Shown piece by piece: positions 48,691-61,898 of a stretch of DNA of 64,000 bases (positions within the stretch are counted from its first letter, which is position 1; each line of letters opens with the position of its first letter). The DNA lies in NCBI RefSeq assembly GCF_018350175.1, contig NC_058368.1, forward strand, positions 174,532,001-174,596,000. The letters run 5' to 3'. The notes below the pieces were generated by a model. It was not told where the DNA came from and ran no database searches. It was given only the letters and a program-made list of their open reading frames with translations. The translations under genes and the position numbers were made by a program. This DNA is from Felis catus (lineage: Eukaryota).

Positions 48691-50629
48691 TCTCTTACCC
48701 GGGCTGTTGGGACAGCATCCAAAATGATCTCCTCACCTCCAGGGTCTCCATTCAGGGCACCTACCCCACTGCTCCACAGAGCTCCCTGTATATCACAGAG
48801 CTGAAGTGGTCACTCCCCTACCCCAAATCCTTCAATGGCTCCCTATTGCCTGCAGGAGAGGGTTTGACACCCTGCGGGCTCTTTTATAATCTTCCCAGCG
48901 CCTCTTTCCTGAGTCACCTCTGCTTCTGCCTTCCTTTCAAACCCCAGCTCCACTAGTCGGCTTTCTGGTTACTGGTATTCCTCTGTGCCTTTGTCTCTGT
49001 CGTTCCCTCTTCCTGGAATGGCCTTTGCTCCCTGCTCCCTGGCGTGAGCCAGGCAGGCCCTGGCGCACGGTGATTGATTACCTGAGACCCTGCTTCTCTC
49101 GGAAGTGATCCCAGAACAAAAGAGCGGCCCGAGGAATGTCCGGGCGCCACGACCCTCCAGCGGCTCCCATGCGAGTGATGCTGCATTTCATCTGGGTTGG
49201 CCCACTGTGCACCAAGGGAGATCGAGGCAGAGAGGCGTGAGAAATGGGAATGCTGCCTCTACCCTTCTTTTCCCTTGATTTGAAAAGAACTGGGAATTGT
49301 TGTACTGGGTCAAATGCAGCTCTGTGGCTTGGTGATATCAGGGGCCACTTGCCCAGGCACCGGGTAGTGGGCACTATACTGGGAGCTTTACAGGCGCAAT
49401 GCCATCTGCTCCTTCCAAAGACCCTGACAGAGGACGTCTCACCTCCATTTTGCAGATGAGGCAACTGAGATTCTAAAAGATCATGAAGTCACAGAGAGAG
49501 GGAATGAAGAATTGGACCCACCCCCAGGTCTGCCGAGAGCCCTGACCAACAGAACAGGACTTTCCGTACTGTAGGTTCACCCTACTTGAGAAGAGTAAAA
49601 TCAGTGCAGTGGGTCTGGGACCAAAATAATTAAAAATTAAAAAAAAAAAGAACAGACTAGAATAAACCTGAATCCCGAGGAACGGAAAAGAGAGCGTATC
49701 TTGGGGAGCACGGGTCAATGCTCTTTCGCGAAACTTCCCATCAGTTGCTGTTCGTGGTTTAATCAGTGGTACAGGCGTCTGCAAAACCAACGCCTTCTCT
49801 ACCTTTATCAGTTTTCAGTTTGACTCAGTTCGGTTCCATCCAACTCAATTCGTATGAAAAACCCTCAATTTCATCCCACTTAGATCGGCAAAACTTGAGC
49901 GCCGCTGTGGGTCAGCCCCTAAGGGTACCAAGAAATAAACGTTATGCATTGGCTGGCCACTGTGCAATATCGCAAGTTCTTTTACTTTTTCCAAAACACC
50001 TCCTTCCCTTGAGCTTTTCAAAGATGACAGCACGTCTCGTTCTGCAGTTTGCCTTTCTGAAACATTTTTGTGAGCTGGAACGCAGTATAAGATGGGAATG
50101 CGGGGTTTGGGGCAGACAGGCTGGGGTTCAAATTCAGGGGCGACGCCTGAAAAGTGCTTGGGGCACGCAGGAAGAGTCCAGTCCATCGTAGCCGGGCAAT
50201 CATGTTGCTTGTATTTTCTAAAGTTTCCTGATGGTGCTCTTGAAGTTTCCAGCCTTGAAGAAAAAGTCATTTGTATTTTATAGCCGGGAACTCAGGTGAG
50301 GCAGGGCAGGTTGGGGACACCGGGGTACACACTCACACCTGGAGTGTTGCAATTTGAATGGCCACTGGGAGTCCTCTACCCATAAAGGCCTGCTAAGGCC
50401 CTCTGGGAGGGAAAGCGCAAAGGACTTTAAGAATTGGGCTCTGGTCTATTAGATTGGCTACTGGAAAAATAACTATGAAAGAAAGAGTGATAACCAAGGA
50501 TACACTTGAACTCAGAATGGGATGCTGCAAACAAGATGCTAACCGTGATGAGGTGGGCAGAGTCAGAGCATCAAGGATTCATGGGCCACCATTGCTTGTT
50601 TACGTGAAGGGAAACCACACATTGCCAAG

Positions 50630-50910
50630 GCTGGGAGTCAGCATGGAGAGTGGGTCAGAGCCTAGACTCTGTGGCCAGATTGCCTCGCCTTGAATCTTGG
50701 CTCCTCTGCTTGCTGGGTGTGAGAGGCTGGGCAAGGTACTTGACCTCTTTGGGATTTCGTTTTCTTTACCTCCAAAAAAATGGTTCATAACGGGTACCTG
50801 CTGTTGTGTTGTGGTGAAATTTGAATGAATTACCACCTGTAAGCCTCTTCGAACTCCACCTGGCGTGTGGTTGGCACTTGTTACAAACCAACTGCTGTCG
50901 TTATTATTAT
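50630..50910 (+). mobile_element. MIR SINE
   Basis: gactctgtggccagattgcctcgccttgaatcttggctc...gggcaaggtacttgacctct...gttgtggtgaaatttgaatgaatt. Confidence 0.8.
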
Positions 50911-51019
50911 TACTACTGTTGTTATTAGTTTATTAACCAGCACTCTTCCAGAGACGACCAATACACATGGGCCTAGGAAGAAAAATGGAATCCGTTGTCT
51001 CACATAACACAAAGCTCTA

Positions 51020-51420
51020 GGATGTAATGCTTAGCGTCATGCTCCACTGATGTCACCAGAAGTTCCCCCCATATTTCAGCTCTGCTGTGCTCCGTGGTGG
51101 GCGTTCTCCCATATAGGCTCTTCCGTGTGGTGGCAAAGACGGAGGTCTGCAGGCTTCCACCCTCCCAGCTACAACTCAGGTGGAAAGGGAAAACTTCTTT
51201 GCCGAGGCCAGCAGAAGTCCCAGGGAAGATGCTCATTGGCCCAGCTCAGGATGGGCTGCCACCTCTGAACCAATCACCATGTCTAAGGGGTGGAGTCAGT
51301 CCTCTCTGAACCACACGGACTGAGAGTACAAGGGGTGACTGCTCACAGGGAAAACAACGTGGTGGCCAGAAGGAAAGGAGGCTGCATGTAGGGCGGGCAG
51401 AACAATACGTGTCCTGCTGC
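51020..51420 (-). mobile_element. MaLR LTR (MLT1K-like)
   Basis: ctcattggcccagctcaggatgggctgccacctctgaaccaatcaccatg...aaccacacggactgagagt is the reverse MLT1K/L motif set. Confidence 0.7.
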
Positions 51421-51995
51421 GGACTCTCCAGGGTTGCACTGATTAGTGCAAACATCCTCCATTACGGCCCGGCACTGCTCCTAATTCCCCTCACCACTTC
51501 CACCTTCTACCTCTTTGCTCACGCTGTTCTATCTGGGAACACCTTAGTTCCCTGCCCCAAATAAATGCATGTACTTGCCCCCCAAAACCACACATCCTTC
51601 AAGGCCCATTCACACAGACCTCCTCCCACTGAAAGCCATTCTTGTTTGTTCAGTTAGACGTACCCTCACCAACTTTTCTAGCTCCCTTCTACTCTCAGAT
51701 GCCTCTCTGGATTTTCTAACATGGGAATCCTGTACGGATCTCTCAACCACCACCCTCTTCCCCACTTAGGGACTAATCTCCCCTTTCTGTATCCCCAGCT
51801 ACACCCAACATACGCCGGACCCAAGTAGACACTCAGCAAATATCCATTAAATCAGGATTCATGATAGTAAAAATAAAAGATCAGCTATTCTTTGAGCAGT
51901 CCTGATGTATCAGTCACTGCTCCAAGTGCTTTATATGATTTCATTATGTCATTTTAGCAATACCGTGAACTGGGTTCATTATTATCCCATCTTAT

Positions 51996-52212
51996 TTTTT
52001 TTAAAAATTTTTTAATGTTTATTTATTCTTGAGACAGGGACAGAGCGTGAACAGGGGAGGGGCAGAGAGAGAGGGAGACACAGAATCTGAAACAGGCTCC
52101 AGGCTCTGAGCTGTCAGCACAGAGCCCGACGTGGGGCTTGAACCCATGAACGGTGAGATCATGACCTGAGCCAAAGTCGGACGCTTAACCGACCGAGCCA
52201 CCCAGGGACCCC
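51996..52212 (-). mobile_element. Can-SINE (SINEC_Fc) inserted in a MIR
   Basis: Full length. TSD ttatta(t/g)cccatcttat at 51979-51995 and 52213-52229. Confidence 0.97.
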
Positions 52213-52464
52213 TTATTAGCCCATCTTATAAATGAAAGTACAAAGAGTCAGAAAGATTCAGGTCATATAACAGGTACTTGCTACAGCCAAAGTCCAGATC
52301 CAAGTGTGTGGGTCGTCAGAGTCTATTTTGGGCATTTGAGCCATAAATGTTTTGAGTTAGACAAGGTCTGGAATTTAATATTAAAGCAATTGCTCAAACA
52401 TAATTGACTTTGGAAATTATGGGTAATCATTGTCATTGTCCAAATAACGGAGTCCAGTTATATC

Positions 52465-52652
52465 AAGTTTATTTATTTTTGAGATGGAGAGCACTAGCGG
52501 GGGAGGGGGCAGAGAGAAAGGGGGACAGAGGATCCAAAGCAGGCTCTGCGCAGACAGCACGGAGCCTGATGCGGGGCTCCAACTCACGAATGGCGAGATC
52601 ATGCCCTGAGCTGAAGTCGGGTGCTTAACCGACTGAGCCACCCAGGTGCTCC
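52465..52652 (-). mobile_element. Can-SINE (older)
   Basis: tttatttatttttgag...gagcctgatgcggggctccaactcacg...gactgagccacccaggtgctcc. Confidence 0.93.
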
Positions 52653-53677
52653 AGATCTTTCCTTTTTTATTTGCCTACGGTGAAACCCTTAACACATATC
52701 CGTTGTCCCAGAAAAATATGTGTATTTGAATTCTCTCAACAGCACTAGGATGTAGGAACAGTTATCAATCTTCATCTTACAGATAAGTGAACTGAAGCAC
52801 AGAGAGACATTCCCAGGGACACACAACAGGGAGAGGGAGTTAGGTCTTGAACTCAAGACTCTTGACCGCGGTGCTGACCGAGAAGTCCTCTGATTTCTCC
52901 CTGTTCTCCCTCTTGGAAGCGATGGGGACCTCAAGACCTTCCTTCCCTGTGCAAATGCTTATAAAGTTCCACATTTGCGTCACTGTTTCAACACCCAACA
53001 CACTCAGTGGAACTGATGCGTAGAGGCTAACTGCTCCTGTCTACCTCCTCAGTGAGCTCAGAAATCACACCATGGAGTAAGGAAAGGGCCTTGCCCTATG
53101 GCGCATCTCTCTTAGCAACCAGTGCTGAATGAGATAGGATGCACTGAAAAATTCCTTTCTCTCTCAGGCCAGAGAAGTTCACGATGATGGGATCAAGCTG
53201 CCCTGACGACTGCCAATCAAACGTATGCAGCGCGGTGGCGATGCGATCTGAGTGATTATTCCACTGGCTCAGAATCAATAGACGTCACTCTGCCTCCCGA
53301 GAGGTCTGCAGAGTCACGTGACGAAGGACATGAACCCATAACCCCACTACAGGGGAGAGTGGGAGAGCTGGACACAACCATCCAATCGATCACACCAAGG
53401 AACTTAGACTAGTGGCTTTACCTCTCCGAACCTCAGTTGCCTCATCTTAAAAGTGGGGCTGCGGACACCATGCAGAGTTATATGGAGGTTAAATGAGGCG
53501 ATGAAAATGAAAGCACCATTTAAACGATAAAGAGCCACAGAAGTGTCTGATGTTATTCTTTACGGCAGACACCAGGTGTGAGGTCTCTTTCACCCCAGCA
53601 AAATCTCCTCTACGCAGTGCATACGCCATAAAGCAATGAATACATGATTATTTCCCAACATGCTTCAACAACAATAC

Positions 53678-54276
53678 TGTGGCCACCCATTGTGTTGCTT
53701 TCCCATTATCTATTCCTCTGTCTCCTCGTAACAATACCTTGACGCTCCTTTCGGAAAGTAGAAAATATCTCTTCCTCGCCGTCCCTTCACGTGGCCGGTA
53801 CAGGGTGTTTCCCTACAGCGATAGCTTCATGAAAGGTTTCACAACCAACGTGTGGTCTCAGTGAGAGCCCTGAAGGCTTCAGGAATTGGATGTGGGATGA
53901 GCACACATCATAAGCTGGGCCACCAGGACGAATAGCATTGACTCAGGACTGTTGTTGGAACTAGTTAGAAAGAAGCACTTTTTTTTTTTTTTTTACTTGG
54001 CATGGTCAAGTTGGTAAATGAACTTGGACATCCTAGGGGTGGTCATGCTACCCGGTGGGGATAAAATAAAGCCACCACAACAGAAAGCAGAATAAAGCAG
54101 TGGATACATCGGATTTCTGAGGACATTGATTATCTGCAACCAGTGAAATACCCTATTTCTGAAATACCCTGAAATACCTCATTTCTGGCCTTTCCATGAC
54201 ATGAGTCAATACATTCCCTTTTTTAGTTGAAGGCACTTTGAGTTGGATTTCTGTCAAAAGAAAGCTGACTAATACA
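53678..54276 (+). mobile_element. MaLR solo LTR (MLT1I/J/K-like)
   Basis: tgtgg start, and acatgagtcaatacattcccttttt...tttgagttggatttctgtc...ctgactaataca end. Confidence 0.7.
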
Positions 54277-54789
54277 GAAACAGGTTTGGCCCAGAACAAA
54301 TATAAAATAGATCTGAAGACCTCCCACTGGACTCTTGGGTTGGCCCAAATAGACTTACGAGAACTTTTATACTTTGTACCAGTGCTGAGACGCTGCGGTC
54401 TGGGTTTATTCTTTGTGCCCGAGAAGGAAACCCCTCCCTCTCTTTGTCACTTGGCATCATAGCTTGACATTAGAAAGGACGAAAGGAAATGGAAGGAAGG
54501 GATGTTTGGCATCCCACATGCTGGCTCATCTCCAGAGAGTTGGCTCCCCAGTGGACAGTCCCAGGGGACCTGGAGGCAATCTCCTTTTGTGCTGTGCTGA
54601 CCGCATCTGTTTCAGCTGATTACGGAGCTATCCTTCACTTTCCAGCCCTGTCAAGCGCTTCCATCCCTCAGCTCAGGGAAACTTCTCCCCAGATTGCAAT
54701 CTTCCCTAAAATCTTCCATTGCCCGGTCCTCCTAGTCATTGCTCCTGTCGAAACCCTTTAATACGATTACACGGGGCAGCCCAGAGATA

Positions 54790-55008
54790 CCACAGGCTCC
54801 GGAAATAGAGTTTGGGCTGAGTCTTGGCCCATCACTTACTACCCATATGCTGGTAGACGAGTCACTTAAACTCTTTGAGTCTCAGGTATCCTTTCTGTAA
54901 ATCAGATATAATAACGTTTTTCTCCAAGGTTGCTGTGAGATTTTAAGATGATGTGTAAACGTGCTTTGTAGAGCATGCAGTAGACATTCAATAAATGGTA
55001 GGGATTGC
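54790..55008 (+). mobile_element. MIR SINE
   Basis: gagtcacttaaactctttgagtctcagg...ctgtaaatcagatataata...ggttgctgtgagatt...ttcaataaatggtag. Confidence 0.8.
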
Positions 55009-55374
55009 TGTCACCCTTTCTCTCGACTTTTGTTTGCATTTTGTGCAATTCATTGTGCTTGATATGCGCTTCACCCAAGTGGACTGCAAGGACACCAGAG
55101 CAGGCACGTTCGTGGTGATGCCTTGAGTTCCTTATTGTTTTAGCAAGATCTCAAGACATAGTGGCTCCTTAATAACTTGGCCGGAGAAGAAATAGATGAC
55201 GAAAAGGATATGCAAGTTTGTAGATGACCTGAAGGAAAAGAAATGGAGAAAGGAGGCAATACGGCTTTTACTTGGCCATCTCTGATTGAGAACATGTAGG
55301 ACAAAGTTGCAGTGTTAGAGGAGCTCAGTCAAGTGGAGAAGACAAAGAAGATAAAAAGCAAGTAAAAATATAGC

Positions 55375-55990
55375 ATTTTTGTTTTGGTTGCAGATAGATA
55401 TCTACTCCAGCCATCTTTTTTTTTAATGTTTTTTTTTTAATTTATTTTTGAGAGAGAGAGAGAGAGAGAAAGAGCGAGTGAGCAAGCAGGTGAGGGGCAG
55501 ACAGACAGGGAAACATAGAACCCAAAGCAGGCTCCAGGCTCTGAGCTGTCAGCACAGAGCCCGACACGGGGCTGGAACTCAGGAACTGTGAGATCATGAC
55601 CCCGAGCCGAAGTCAGACACTCAACCGACTGAGCCACCCAGGCACCTATACTCCAGCCATCTTGAACAAAAGGGAGACACAGCGGATGGATGTTGGAGAT
55701 TTCGTGAAACAGCAAGTCTTTGGGAGGGAGGAAAGGAGTGACGAGGGTGGCCGTGGCTACTTCGTCTGGAGTGCTGCTATTAACACAGCTTCTTACCAAG
55801 CACCCCCAGCTCCCCTCTCTCTTCCTAGAAGAAATGTTCCTATTTCCAGCACAGAAGTTCTGACTGGCCCAGATTAGGTCATGCATGTACTTTTCAATCA
55901 CCTTCTCACATCAAACGCGGCCCCTGGAGGCTCACCTATGTCAGGGTTTGGGGAGGTTTCTAGGGGAATGGGGCATCAAGAGCCAGAAAG
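55375..55990 (-). mobile_element. MaLR LTR relic (MLT1K/L-like), split by a SINE
   Basis: ttttggttgcagatagata start and tctgactggcccagattaggtcatgcatg motif. Confidence 0.5.
55418..55646 (-). mobile_element. Can-SINE
   Basis: Full length. TSD tactccagccatctt at 55403-55417 and 55649-55663. Confidence 0.96.
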
Positions 55991-57992
55991 TTCCCAGAGA
56001 AGTAGTTTCTACAGTGGTGAGCTCAGTTAGAGGTTTGTAAAGAGTGTCCTTGATCAGGCTTGGGGAAAGTGAGGGACAGCCTCCAAGAAGAGGTGGCCAG
56101 TGAGTACGGTGGCCTTGAAAGCCAGTAGGCACTTCATGAGATAATCCAGATCAAGAACCTAGACCCTGAAGAAAGAGGGGCTCTGTGGGGTTCAAGGTCT
56201 GAAGCTCACAGAAGAGCCTGTTTGGGCAGTCAAGTTTCCTCTCAAGGAACTGGTGAATCACAGGTGGAAAACAAACTGTGCTTCTGGGGCATCCGAGGGG
56301 TTTGGGAAGGTCAGGCTGGGGTATCGGGGTCAGGCTAGAGCCTTTCCATAATGTCAAGGAGGGGCAGTGGTAGGAGAAAGCCAGAGTCAAAAATTCAGGC
56401 TCCAGTCTTGCTCAACCACTGACCAGCTACACGATTATAAGGAATTCTCCACCCTGAGACTCAGTCACCTCACCTGCAAAGTGGAGGAAATCATATTTCT
56501 CAGATTGGATGTGCCGCCTAGAGGAGAAGATGCATTTGGAACGATCTAGCAAGAATTGGCAGGACCAGAAGACCCATCCGTGCCCGTGGGTTTCCGTTTT
56601 CATTGTTGCTTTGGATGCTGTACTCTGAGGTTTCGGTGATTATTCTGATGGGGGATAAATTTGGGGAAGAGTCCATAAGGGAAGCATTCAGACGCCAGGA
56701 ACTCAGTGACCCTGTGTCTTTCAGCCGCCCGTCCTTAATCTTGGGAACTGGCTAGGAGGGAGGCTCGCATATATGTGCTGAGCAGAGCATGTTGTATTTG
56801 TGATTCTCACTCCTCATCATTGCACGGGCTTTCGGATGCCTGGGCTCGCGGACCTCTTCTCCTTGGCTTTGCCCACTTCGTCTGGCTGCGTCTTTTTCAG
56901 ATGCTTAATCTCTGGACAGAGAAACCGCTGCAAGGCAGCATCCCAGCCCCAGGAGGAAGCCCCAGCTCTAATGCCGTAATTCCTGTGTTTTCACCTGACT
57001 TGTGACACCGCAAGTTCATCCCCCAGACGCCTCATTACACAGCGGAGTCCGGCCCAAGCTGAGGGCCATTATTTTCTTTGCTCCCCGGTTGCCGGGCAGG
57101 CCCGGGGGCAGGAGGGGAAGCCATTTCAGAAAGCAAGCATCTGGTCTTTGGAAGCACAGACTAAGCTCTTAATGCTGGCTCTGTTGTCCATGAACCTTGG
57201 GGCCTAGAGCAACCTCCTTGACCACGCCGACTGGGTTTTGTTATATGTGAGGTGGGGAGAATCTCACTGGGCCATGGAAAAGCTCCGGTGAGGTTCTTAG
57301 GAGAGTGCTTTTGTGAAGTGGCATCCGGCCTGGGGAAGGGACTCAGGAAGCGTTAGTTTCGTTTACCTTCTTTCAGGTTAGAATAACCTGCGTCCTGGGT
57401 CCCTCTTCCCTCCAGGGGCCAGCAGGCTAATTTCTGTGCCTCCCCAAGAGTCCTTGTCTCCTTTTGATGGTGATGAATGCAAAGGAAGGGAATTAGGGAT
57501 GAAAAACAGAGTCGTGTGTGTATTTGCAGGCTTGGATTTTGCACATATTTTCGAAATGCCTTCAAGCTGTTTACCCTACTCGGCCAATCGGTCCTCCCCT
57601 GTCACCAGATCATCGATGAGCTCTCCAGAGTCTAGAGAAATGTCTACACGGGTCTGGGGAAGTTCAAGAGCATGAGACCGCCAGGTACCTAGGGTAAGTG
57701 GAAGAGAAGGGTCGGCCAAGGAGGAGGTCACTTGGCAGGAGGCATCGTCCAATTCACCACATCCCTGGGCAGCAAGTTGGCCGTGGGTGTGTGTGTGTGG
57801 GGGGGGTCTCTGAGATACACAAATAGACAGAGAAGGGGTTTATAAAGTGATAGGAGAGACAGGAGAGGTCCCTGGGATGTGACCTACTTACTCAGCTCAC
57901 CTGCAATATTTACCCCCCAGCGGGGTTGCAGGTCTGCTCAAGCAAAGTGAGAGCCCACCCCCACTGGACCACTCATTAAAAACAAGATGCTT

Positions 57993-58250
57993 GGGGCGCT
58001 TGGGGGGCTCAGTCGGCTAAACGTCCGATTTCGGTTCAGGTCACGGTCTCACGGTTTGTGAGTTCGAGCCCCACGTCGGGCTCTGGGCTGACAGCTCGGA
58101 GCCCAGAGCCTGCTTGGGATTCTGTGTCTCCCTCGCTCTCTGCCCCTCCCCCACTTCCCTCTCTCTCTGTCCTTCCCCAACTCACTGTCTTCTGTCTCTC
58201 TCTCTCAAAAAGAAGTAAAACATTTTTAAAAATTAAAAAAAAAAAAAAAA
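57993..58250 (+). mobile_element. Can-SINE
   Basis: Full length with a long CT region and A-tail. TSD caagatgct at 57983 and 58252. Confidence 0.96.
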
Positions 58251-58829
58251 GCAAGATGCTGTTCTTTCGATGAGAACAGATTGGAGGAGGAGGAGGAGGA
58301 GAGGCATTTGAAAGTGCGGCAAATTTGGATGACCCAGGCCTCGTTTCACTACTGTGGAGTCTGATTATTTTTTTTTTAAAAATGCGAATATTTTGAGATG
58401 TTGTGGAAAGCGTGCAGACGGGGAGTCAAGGAGCGGGTACAGAGGTGGTTAAGAGTTTTGCTTTCGGAATCCATTGGCCTGAGGTCAACATGGCCCGAGG
58501 ACTCCGCTCCCTCACCATCTGCGGACGACCTTGAATAAATCACTTACTTTGCCAAACTTCAGTCTGGGGGAAATCATTGTGTAAAATTCACTGACACTAT
58601 TTAGCATAGTGCCTCTATCTGTGTATCTACTCTTTATTACCAGACGTGTTGCTGTCGTCTGCTCTGGATCTTGGTAATAGCAGCCCGGTTTTCTTTAGAA
58701 GACGACCTCCTCTCCAAGTTGTCCTTTCTGCGTGCTTTAGGTGGAACTATCTTTCTGTGCCAGGCTGGATCTCACGACCCAGTCCTGTCCCAATCAGAAA
58801 CGCCCTATCCCTGGCCATAGTGATCAGAG

Positions 58830-59172
58830 TAGGGTTAGGTAAATGTGAGGGGACGCGGGAGGTAGCAGAATCTAGAAGACAGGGCTGGGTAGAGGGCCGG
58901 CTTAACGAGGATCAGTGGCCCTGCTGTCCGGGAACACAGACAAAAAGGAGACCCCACGGGAAGGATCCGGGAGAAGAAACACGTCGACCCTTGCTCTCCT
59001 CCCTCCCTCCTTCCTGTTTCCTGCCAGAGCTCACCGATGGCCAAACCCAATCAGAAGCCCGAGGCAAAGAAACAGGGATTGAAATGCTTTCAGGACAGCC
59101 TCCCAGGGCTGCGAACAGAATCCAGAAACAGGGGAGAGGGTCTAGAGAGGCAAGCGGAAGACAAATGGAGCA
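58830..59172 (-). mobile_element. ERVL LTR (LTR33-like)
   Basis: cctgccagagctcaccgatggccaaacccaatcagaagcccgaggcaa...cagcctcccagggc...ggtctagagaggcaagcggaagac is the reverse of the LTR33 5' half. Confidence 0.7.
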
Positions 59173-59197
59173 AGTTCATAATTAAAACAGCGCTACA

Positions 59198-59413
59198 GGG
59201 GCGCCTGGGTGGCGCAGTCGGTTAAGCGTCCGACTTCAGCCAGGTCACGATCTCGCGGTCCGGGAGTTCGAGCCCCGCGTCGGGCTCTGGGCTGATGGCT
59301 CAGAGCCTGGAGCCTGTTTCCGATTCTGTGTCTCCCTCTCTCTCTGCCCCTCCCCCGTTCATGCTCTGTCTCTCTCTGTCCCAAAAATAAATAAATGTTG
59401 AAAAAAAAAATTT
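59198..59413 (+). mobile_element. Can-SINE (young SINEC_Fc)
   Basis: Near-consensus and CpG-rich. TSD aaaacag(c/t)gctacagg at 59184 and 59414. Confidence 0.98.
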
Positions 59414-60650
59414 AAAACAGTGCTACAGGCACCTGAATAGAGAGAACGAATATGAACAGACCAGAAAATCCCAAAGTATCAACCAGGACATGTAGAAATT
59501 TGGTATAAGGAAGCGTGACATGTGGGATTCCAGGGGAAAATAAGGGCCTTGTAAAAAAAAGCGGTGTTAGGACAACCGGGTAGACATTTGGAAAATGGTA
59601 AAAGGTGTGTCCACATCTCATCCTATTCATCAGGTTAGACTCCAAACGCATCAGAAATCTAAGTGTGAAAAGCGAAACCACACACATATGAAAAGAAGAC
59701 ACAGGACAATTCCTTTAACCCTGGGAGTAGCAAGAGCCTCTTTTCTATGACTCACGATTCAGAAGTGTTAAAAGATTGATAAATTTAACTATCGAATTTT
59801 TATTAAGTTTTGCATGACCCAAAACATCACATGTGGTCAAAGTGAAATGAAAAGCTCAGAGAAAATAGTTGCAATTTATGTCGTAAAGGGCTCGACTCAT
59901 TAATAGCCTTAAAAAGCTCTTCGAAACTGAGATCAAATGGGCAAGAGACAGAGTTCCTGGCAAAGGAAAGGTAAAGGTCCTCGGAACAGAGGGCGAGATG
60001 CTCAATCTCACTCAGCACAAAGGAAATGCAGATTTCAACTGCGCTGCAATGCCACCTCCCACCTCTCAGAGGGGCCCCGAATCCAAGTGCATTGTTTGCA
60101 AAGAAAGCTTCGATCCCCCTGTTGATGGCAGAAGCGCGAAATGTCCAGCGCCTACAAATTTTACAACACGCAACGCTATTGCGTACGTATTGACCCTTTG
60201 ACCAGGTAATCCTACTTGTAGGAATTTACCCTAAAGAGAGACTTCCATAAATAAGAGAACATCCCCTGTTTTATTTACTTCCCCTGTATTATTTCCAAGA
60301 GCCGAAAGACTGGACACAACTCAAATGTGCATCATTCAAAGAGTGGTTGAATAAACGAGGGGTACGTTCGTGCAGGAGACTATGCTGTGAAAAATCAGTG
60401 AGAAATAGCTCCATGTACAGCTTTGGAGTTGTTTTCTGGGTATTTTGTTAAGTAAAAAAGCAAGTTGTTGAACACCGTTTGGGGTTTGCTACCTGTGTGT
60501 AACCAAAGGGGAAGCGTATACTGTATTTAGAAAAAGCAGCAGAAAGGTAAATTGGAAACTAATACAAATAGTGTTTACCTATACAGGTTGGGGGGATAGA
60601 GCACAGAGACAGATATTTTCTGGGGTGCATCTTTTCATATGATTTTAAGA

Positions 60651-60854
60651 TTTTTTTCTAGTTTATTTATTTATTTTGATAGAGAGCTTGGGGAAGAGGC
60701 AGAGACAGAGAGAGAGAGAGAGGGACAATCTTAAGCAGGCTCTGGGCTGACAGTGCAGAGCCCAGTGTGGGGCTTGATCCCATGAATTGTGAGATCATGA
60801 TGTGAGCTGAAACCAAGAGTCACTGCTCAACTGACTGAGCCACCTAGGCACCCC
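60651..60854 (-). mobile_element. Can-SINE (older)
   Basis: tttatttatttattttga...gagatcatgatgtgagctgaaaccaagagtc...gagccacctaggcacccc. Confidence 0.93.
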
Positions 60855-61003
60855 AGCTTTTAAGTTTTAACTACGTTAATACTTACGTATGCAAAAATGC
60901 AGCAAATAAAGTAAAAAGGCAACCAAACATTGGAAGTAAACTGAAACAAACAACCCTGGTAATGTGTTCATTTCACCACATTACCACACAGCAAAGATCT
61001 CTC

Positions 61004-61212
61004 TTTTTTTTAATGTTTATTTATTTTTGAGAGAGACAGACAGGATGAGAGTGGGTTAGGGGCAGAGAGAGAGGGAGACACAGAATCAGAAGCAGGTTCC
61101 AGGCTCCGAGCTGTCAGCACAGAGCCCGACGCGGGGCTCAAACTCACAAATCATGAGATCGTGACCTGAGCTGAAGTTGGATGCTCAACCGACTGAGCCA
61201 CCCAGGCACCCC
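61004..61212 (-). mobile_element. Can-SINE (SINEC_Fc)
   Basis: Full length. Degenerate TSD agcaaagat(c/t)tc on both sides. Confidence 0.96.
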
Positions 61213-61898
61213 ACGGAGCAAAGATTTCAAATGACTTTTGATCACGGTACTCAGGTTGTCCTCAAGGATAAGAAGAGCTGCAAAGAAATATCAAACTTCA
61301 TTCAGCGATTTCATTGTTCATAGTCATATAGTAATTGTAACATTGTAATAATTTAGTGCTTATTACAGGTAGGATAAAGCAAATATATAATATGCATGTA
61401 TGTGTTATCACAAACTAAGATTTTTGGTTTGAGATTAAAGAACATAAAAATGTGAATTAAGGTGTTCTGAATAAGCCTTGTAATACTAAATTTGAATTTT
61501 GAATATCAATAAAGACTCATGATTTTATTAAACAAACATATTTTCTAGTTCTTTCCATTGAAAAGACCTAGAAGAAATGGTATTCTAATAGCTATGAGCT
61601 CACTTGGCCCCTAGATCTTAGTCTCTGACTGCCATTCTCCTCTAAAAGGAAACAGAGCTCCTTGGAGAAATGGATGATGCTAAGTCTGGGGCAAAGTATA
61701 AAATGAGTAGTGTTGTGTGAGAAAGCAAGAATGTTGAAGGCATGTTAAAAGGACAAAGCCAGTTCATGGGAGCTCCTGCTGGCCAAATTTGGGACATTTT
61801 GAGCATCAAACAGGAAAATAACTTTGATTGATTGCAAAATACAGAATGAATAACAATTCACCAGTCCATAAGTGATTCTAGACAAATAAAAGAGCAAT

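Larger units (their letters stand above)
59173..61895 (+). mobile_element. L1MC4-like LINE-1 (decayed ORF2 3' part plus 3'UTR), split by three SINEs
   Basis: aattaaaacag...ggtgttaggacaaccggg...aatcctacttgtaggaatttaccctaaaga (ORF2 end), and gagctccttggagaaatgg...tggccaaatttgggacattttgagcatcaaa (L1MC 3'UTR). Confidence 0.85.

Noticed and set aside
2789..61212. tRNA genes suggested by A-box/B-box motifs, and recurring ORFs such as MAQSVERPTSAQV
   Set aside because: These are the tRNA-derived heads of Can-SINEs, followed by CT tracts, A-tails and TSDs.
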